Positions 60,062 to 64,000 of a DNA stretch of 64,000 nucleotides are shown one piece after another. Each line of letters begins with the position of its first letter. Within the stretch, counting starts at the first letter, position 1. Both the position numbers and the translations under genes were made by a program. The notes below the pieces were generated by a model. The model searched no databases. It was not told where the DNA came from and saw nothing but the letters and a program-made list of their open reading frames with translations. The stretch is from Longimicrobiales bacterium (GTDB taxonomy: Bacteria; Gemmatimonadota; Gemmatimonadetes; Longimicrobiales; Gaopeijiaceae), in assembly GCA_965202805.1 (NCBI GenBank), contig OZ241869.1, positions 128,001 through 192,000 on the forward strand, given 5' to 3'.

Positions 60062-60802
60062 TCACCCGTCCTCCAGCTCCAGCCCCGCGAGCGGCACGTA
60101 GTGCTTCCGGTAGCACTTGCCGTCCGAATACCGGTCGCCCATCGAGTCCTCCACAAGCACCGTGGCGCGCTTGGTGACCCGGTTGACCCGCCCGGCGAGC
60201 CATTGCCCCCGGTAGAGGAAGCAAACCCGGGAACCGACGCGAATCCCGTGCCGCGCGGCCCGTTCCGCCCGCGTGATGAGCGTGTGGGTGTGGGTTTGGT
60301 GCCGGAAAAGGCGGTGAGCGAGTTCCTGGAAGGGGCGTGCCCCGCAGTTGCTCTTGCCAGTGCCGAGAAACTCCACGAGGTGGACGATCTCGTGCTCGAA
60401 GATCCGCTGCAGTGCCTCCAGGCGGTTCGCGCAGGGGATGCCGGCGACGCTGACTGCGGGGTCGCCGTCGGCAAAGCCGTTGAAGAGAACCTCGGTTGAG
60501 ACGGCGATTTCGTAGTCGCAGTTCCCGTCGGGGCGCAGGCGGCGGGCGGTCTGTCCCCCGGCACGGGTCATCCGCGAGGACAGGCGGAACACCAACGCTC
60601 CGGGCGCGAGCCTCCTGCGCGCGAAGCCCCCGAGAAAGCGCCGGTCGTAGGCGTCGAAGAGAAAGGCGAGATCGTCCGGATGGATGGCGGTGAAGTTGGG
60701 TTCGTCGATCCGGGAGGACGCGGCGACCAACTCGCGGCCGATCTCCCGGGTCCACGCATCGATCTGCTCGCGGCCGGGATCGGGTATTGCGAGTTGCGGC
60801 AT
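60062..60802 (-). CDS. SprT-like zinc metalloprotease with a C-terminal SH3/KOW-like domain (start uncertain)
   Basis: LSSRMTRAGG, HEIVH (HExxH), GIRVGSRVCF...GRVNRVTKRATV. Confidence 0.75.
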   Translation of the reverse strand: MPQLAIPDPGREQIDAWTREIGRELVAASSRIDEPNFTAIHPDDLAFLFDAYDRRFLGGFARRRLAPGALVFRLSSRMTRAGGQTARRLRPDGNCDYEIAVSTEVLFNGFADGDPAVSVAGIPCANRLEALQRIFEHEIVHLVEFLGTGKSNCGARPFQELAHRLFRHQTHTHTLITRAERAARHGIRVGSRVCFLYRGQWLAGRVNRVTKRATVLVEDSMGDRYSDGKCYRKHYVPLAGLELEDG

Positions 60803-60821
60803 ATCGTAGTACGATTGTGCC

Positions 60822-61088
60822 ATGAATGCCCTGTCTGTCAAGCTGCCCCACGACTTGCACGCGTCGCTCGCCAGTGAGGCGCGTCGTCGCAACGTAACCC
60901 GCTCCGCGCTGGTGCGGGACATCCTCGCCGAGGCTCTGGCTCGGGATGCGGAGGGACAGCTACCCAGTTGCGCCGAGCTTGCCGGCGATCTCGTCGGCGC
61001 GTTCCGAAGCGGCCGCAGCGACCTGGCGACCAACAAGGAGTTGCTCAGGGAGGCGATGCTCGCGGATGCAGCCGGCGGTCATCGTTGA
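60822..61088 (+). CDS. Ribbon-helix-helix antitoxin (VapB-like)
   Basis: LSVKLPHDL...TRSALVRDIL; DLATN tail; overlaps the PIN gene. Confidence 0.82.
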   Translation: MNALSVKLPHDLHASLASEARRRNVTRSALVRDILAEALARDAEGQLPSCAELAGDLVGAFRSGRSDLATNKELLREAMLADAAGGHR

Positions 61089-61491
61089 CACCGGGCCCAT
61101 CGTGGCTCTGCTCGACGCCGATGAAGCACATCACCGGTGGGCGCACCAGCAGTTCGAGTCACTGGCGCCTCCGCTGCTCACGGCCGAATCGGTGCTGTCC
61201 GAAGCGTGCTTCCTGCTCCGGCGCGTCGGCGGTGATTCAAGCCTGCCCGTGGCGCTTCTCCGTCGCGGTGTGCTGAGGGTGGTCGATGTCCTCGGAACGG
61301 CGGACGATGCCGACGCCGTGACCGCCCTCATTCGCCGGTACGCCAATGTGCCGATGTCCCTCGCCGACGCTTGCCTTGTGCGCATCCTCGAGCGGACGGA
61401 GAATGGTTCCATCATGACGCTGGATTCCGACTTCCACGTCTACCGTCAAGGTCGTCGAAGGACCATTCGGGTTCTGTCTCCGCAGTCGTGA
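61066..61491 (+). CDS. vapC: PIN-domain toxin (VapC)
   Basis: VDTGPIVA, VLSEA, MSLADA, TLDSDF. Confidence 0.88.
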   Translation: MQPAVIVDTGPIVALLDADEAHHRWAHQQFESLAPPLLTAESVLSEACFLLRRVGGDSSLPVALLRRGVLRVVDVLGTADDADAVTALIRRYANVPMSLADACLVRILERTENGSIMTLDSDFHVYRQGRRRTIRVLSPQS

Positions 61492-61560
61492 CGGCGCGGC
61501 CGGCCGCCGTTACGTTCACGCGAGCAGCCGGGAACCAGCGAGCCGGATACGGAGGCCTCC

Positions 61561-63591
61561 ATGCGCATGAGTCGAGCGAAGAGCACGGGAACCGACCTTC
61601 ACCGCAACCGGATGGCGCTGGCCGCCTGCCTCGCCATGACCGCCTCCTTCGTGGCTTCCTCGTGCGCGGACGGCGGTCCCGCAGGGAATGCCGTTCCCGA
61701 GGGCGATCCCGCACCGACCGCCGAGTGGACCTACTACGGCGGCCAGAACTCCTTCAACCGCTACTCGCCGCTGGCGCAGATCGCCGCGGATAACGTCGCA
61801 TCGCTCGAAATCGCATGGCAACGCCCGGGCATCGACCCGCAGCTGCAGGAGGAGTTCCCGGAGCTCGCCTTCAACAACTACCTGCGCGGGACCCCGATTC
61901 TCGTCGACGGGACATTGTACGCGCCCAACGCGGTGGGTCTCGTCGAGGCCTTCGATCCTGGAACCGGCAAGACCCGCTGGGTCCAGCGGGCCGCTTCCCT
62001 GGAGGACGCGCGCGGACGCAGCTTCCGCGGCGTCGCCTACTGGAACGGGGACGGCGCCGAGGACCTGACCTCCGACAACGGGCACGCCGGCGGACGCATC
62101 ATCTCGGTGCGCGGATCCTGGCTGCACGCGCTCGACGCGGCGACCGGCAAGCCCGTGTCGTCGTTCGGGGACGCCGGCAGCGTGAACCTCGTGCCCGAGG
62201 GCCGCGACCGGTTCAACTGGAGCTCTGGGCCGATCGTGGTCGGCGACGTCATCGTCATCGCGGGCACGGTCGACGGCGCCGGGGACTCGGGGACGGAGTG
62301 GCGCGACAGCGCGCCTGAGGACGTGCGCGGCTTCGACGCTCGCACGGGCGAGCTGGTGTGGACCTTCCACGTCATCCCCCGGGAGGGGGAGTTCGGCGCG
62401 GACACCTGGGGCGACGGATCCCGTGAACTCTCGGGAGACGTGGGCTCGTGGTGCTGCCTCAGCGCCGACGACGATCTGGGCATCGTCTACGTGCCGCTGG
62501 GAGCTCCGACCTCGGCCTACTACGGAGGGCACCGCCCCGGCGACAACCTGTTCGCCAACAGCCTCGTGGCCCTCGACGCCGCGACGGGCGAGCGCCTGTG
62601 GCACTTTCAGATGGTGCACCACGACATCTGGGAGTACGACACCCTCGGTCCCCCGGTCCTGGGGCGCATCAACGTGGACGGGCGCGCGATCGACGCGGTG
62701 ATGCAGGCGAGCAAGACGGGCTTCCTGTTCACCTTCGACCGCCGCACGGGTGAGCCCGTGTGGCCCATCGAGGAGAAGGAGGTCCCGCAGTCGAAGGTGC
62801 CCGGCGAGGCGACCTCCCCGACCCAGCCCTTCCCGAGCAAGCCGGCGCCGTTCGACCGGCAGGGGGTCTCCGAGAAGGACTTGATCGACTTCACCCCCGA
62901 GATCCACAAGCGGGCCCTCGCGCTGGCGGATTCACTGGTATTGGGCCCGCTCTTCACGCCCCCAATGGAGGAAGGCACGATCGAGGGGAAGATCGGCACC
63001 TACGTGGTCCCGGGAGCCTGGGGCGCGGGCAACTGGCACACCGGTGCGTTCGATCCGGGGACGGGCACCTACTACGCCGTCTCGCTCACGCTGCCCAACG
63101 TCTGGCGCCTGTCCAGGACGGATGAACCGGGCGACATGGAGTTCGGCACGCAGGGAGGATGGCCCCGCGCGGAGATCGAGGGTCTGCCCATCGTCGGGCC
63201 GCCCTGGGGACGGATCACGGCCATCGACATGAACCGGGGCGAGCATCTCTGGATGGCGCCCAACGGCGACGCCCCCAACGATCATCCCCTGCTCAAGGGT
63301 CTGGATCTGCCCCCGCTCGGGAACGCGAACCGTCCTGCGCCGCTGCTGACGGCGACGCTGCTCTTCATCGGCGAGGGGAGTGACGCCGTGATCGGCACCC
63401 CCGATACCCACTGGGGCACCGAGTTCCGGGCCTACGACAAGGCGACCGGCAAGGTTGTGTGGGAGATGGACCTCCCGTCGGGCACGACCGGCGGTCCCAT
63501 GACCTACATGCACGAGGGCAGACAGTACATCGTGGTCGCCGTCGGCGGCAGCGAACACCCCGCGGAGTACGTCGCCCTCGGTCTGCCGTAA
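61561..63591 (+). CDS. PQQ-dependent dehydrogenase (glucose/quinate/shikimate-like), lipoprotein
   Basis: RYSPLAQI, WHFQMVHHDIWEYD, KTG..F.FDR.TG.P.WP, GGPMTY. Confidence 0.9.
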   Translation: MRMSRAKSTGTDLHRNRMALAACLAMTASFVASSCADGGPAGNAVPEGDPAPTAEWTYYGGQNSFNRYSPLAQIAADNVASLEIAWQRPGIDPQLQEEFPELAFNNYLRGTPILVDGTLYAPNAVGLVEAFDPGTGKTRWVQRAASLEDARGRSFRGVAYWNGDGAEDLTSDNGHAGGRIISVRGSWLHALDAATGKPVSSFGDAGSVNLVPEGRDRFNWSSGPIVVGDVIVIAGTVDGAGDSGTEWRDSAPEDVRGFDARTGELVWTFHVIPREGEFGADTWGDGSRELSGDVGSWCCLSADDDLGIVYVPLGAPTSAYYGGHRPGDNLFANSLVALDAATGERLWHFQMVHHDIWEYDTLGPPVLGRINVDGRAIDAVMQASKTGFLFTFDRRTGEPVWPIEEKEVPQSKVPGEATSPTQPFPSKPAPFDRQGVSEKDLIDFTPEIHKRALALADSLVLGPLFTPPMEEGTIEGKIGTYVVPGAWGAGNWHTGAFDPGTGTYYAVSLTLPNVWRLSRTDEPGDMEFGTQGGWPRAEIEGLPIVGPPWGRITAIDMNRGEHLWMAPNGDAPNDHPLLKGLDLPPLGNANRPAPLLTATLLFIGEGSDAVIGTPDTHWGTEFRAYDKATGKVVWEMDLPSGTTGGPMTYMHEGRQYIVVAVGGSEHPAEYVALGLP

Positions 63592-63652
63592 CGCGCCAGC
63601 CCGGAACGACCGAGTAGACTAAGTCAATCAGACTAAGCTAAGCTGACTCGCC

Positions 63653-64000
63653 TCAGAACTCGCCCACGAAGACGATCTCCGGGACGAGCTCGTAGCCGGT
63701 CTCGCGCGCCACCGTCTCCTGCGACAGGTCGATGAGCGCGCGCACCTCCGCCGATGTCGCCCCTCCCAGGTTCACGATGATGTTCGCGTGCCGGTGGAAG
63801 ATCTGGGCGTTGCCGTGGGAGTGACCCTTGAGCCCGCACTCGTCAATGAGCCGCCCGGCCCCGATGCCCTCGATCTTCTGGAAGATCGAACCCGCACAGG
63901 GATACAGCCACAGGTCTGGATGGCGGTCGTCGCGCCAGCGCAGGTTCTCGCGAATGACCCGTCGAAGTTCGCGCGCGGGGGTGGGTTCGAGGCGGAAGGT
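63653..64000 (-). CDS. murB: UDP-N-acetylmuramate dehydrogenase, C-terminal part (runs off the window)
   Basis: Hand translation from 64000: ...YPCAGSIFQK...AGRLIDECGLKG...HANIIVNLGGAT...LVPEI. Confidence 0.9.
   Translation of the reverse strand, partial: TFRLEPTPARELRRVIRENLRWRDDRHPDLWLYPCAGSIFQKIEGIGAGRLIDECGLKGHSHGNAQIFHRHANIIVNLGGATSAEVRALIDLSQETVARETGYELVPEIVFVGEF

Noticed and set aside
63600..63652. GACTAAG/GCTAAG short repeats between convergent genes
   Set aside because: Low-complexity 5-7-nt repeats with no evidence of function beyond a possible terminator

Overview
GC-rich bacterial chromosomal window with about 60 genes. The gene repertoire suggests a marine Gemmatimonadota-like organism (many secreted S9 peptidases, BlaI/M56 pair, beta-propeller and TPR proteins, PQQ dehydrogenase); this is inference only. 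Housekeeping and metabolic genes: mscS, SAM-I riboswitch-metX-metB, ilvE, thrB-thrC, MATE, murB (partial). Accessory content: a complete 3-keto-glycoside-type sugar cluster interrupted by a PLP decarboxylase, a Zrg-like ABC system, and four toxin-antitoxin-type modules. Best leads: (1) a BlaI / M56-protease-TonB-plug signalling locus with a duplicated stand-alone plug lipoprotein, three CTACGAA-N5-TCGT operators interleaved with two sigma70 promoters, and a fourth operator-promoter with the same geometry 16 kb away in front of a beta-propeller lipoprotein, i.e. a regulon readable from sequence; (2) a Fur-boxed operon encoding a lipoprotein CbiX-like chelatase, a two-domain HmuY and a TonB-dependent receptor, a candidate surface heme-dechelation/uptake system; (3) an S9 peptidase that keeps its Ser nucleophile but lacks the catalytic Asp and His. 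I found no tRNA, rRNA, CRISPR array, transposase or prophage. All family assignments come from motif recognition by eye, not database searches.
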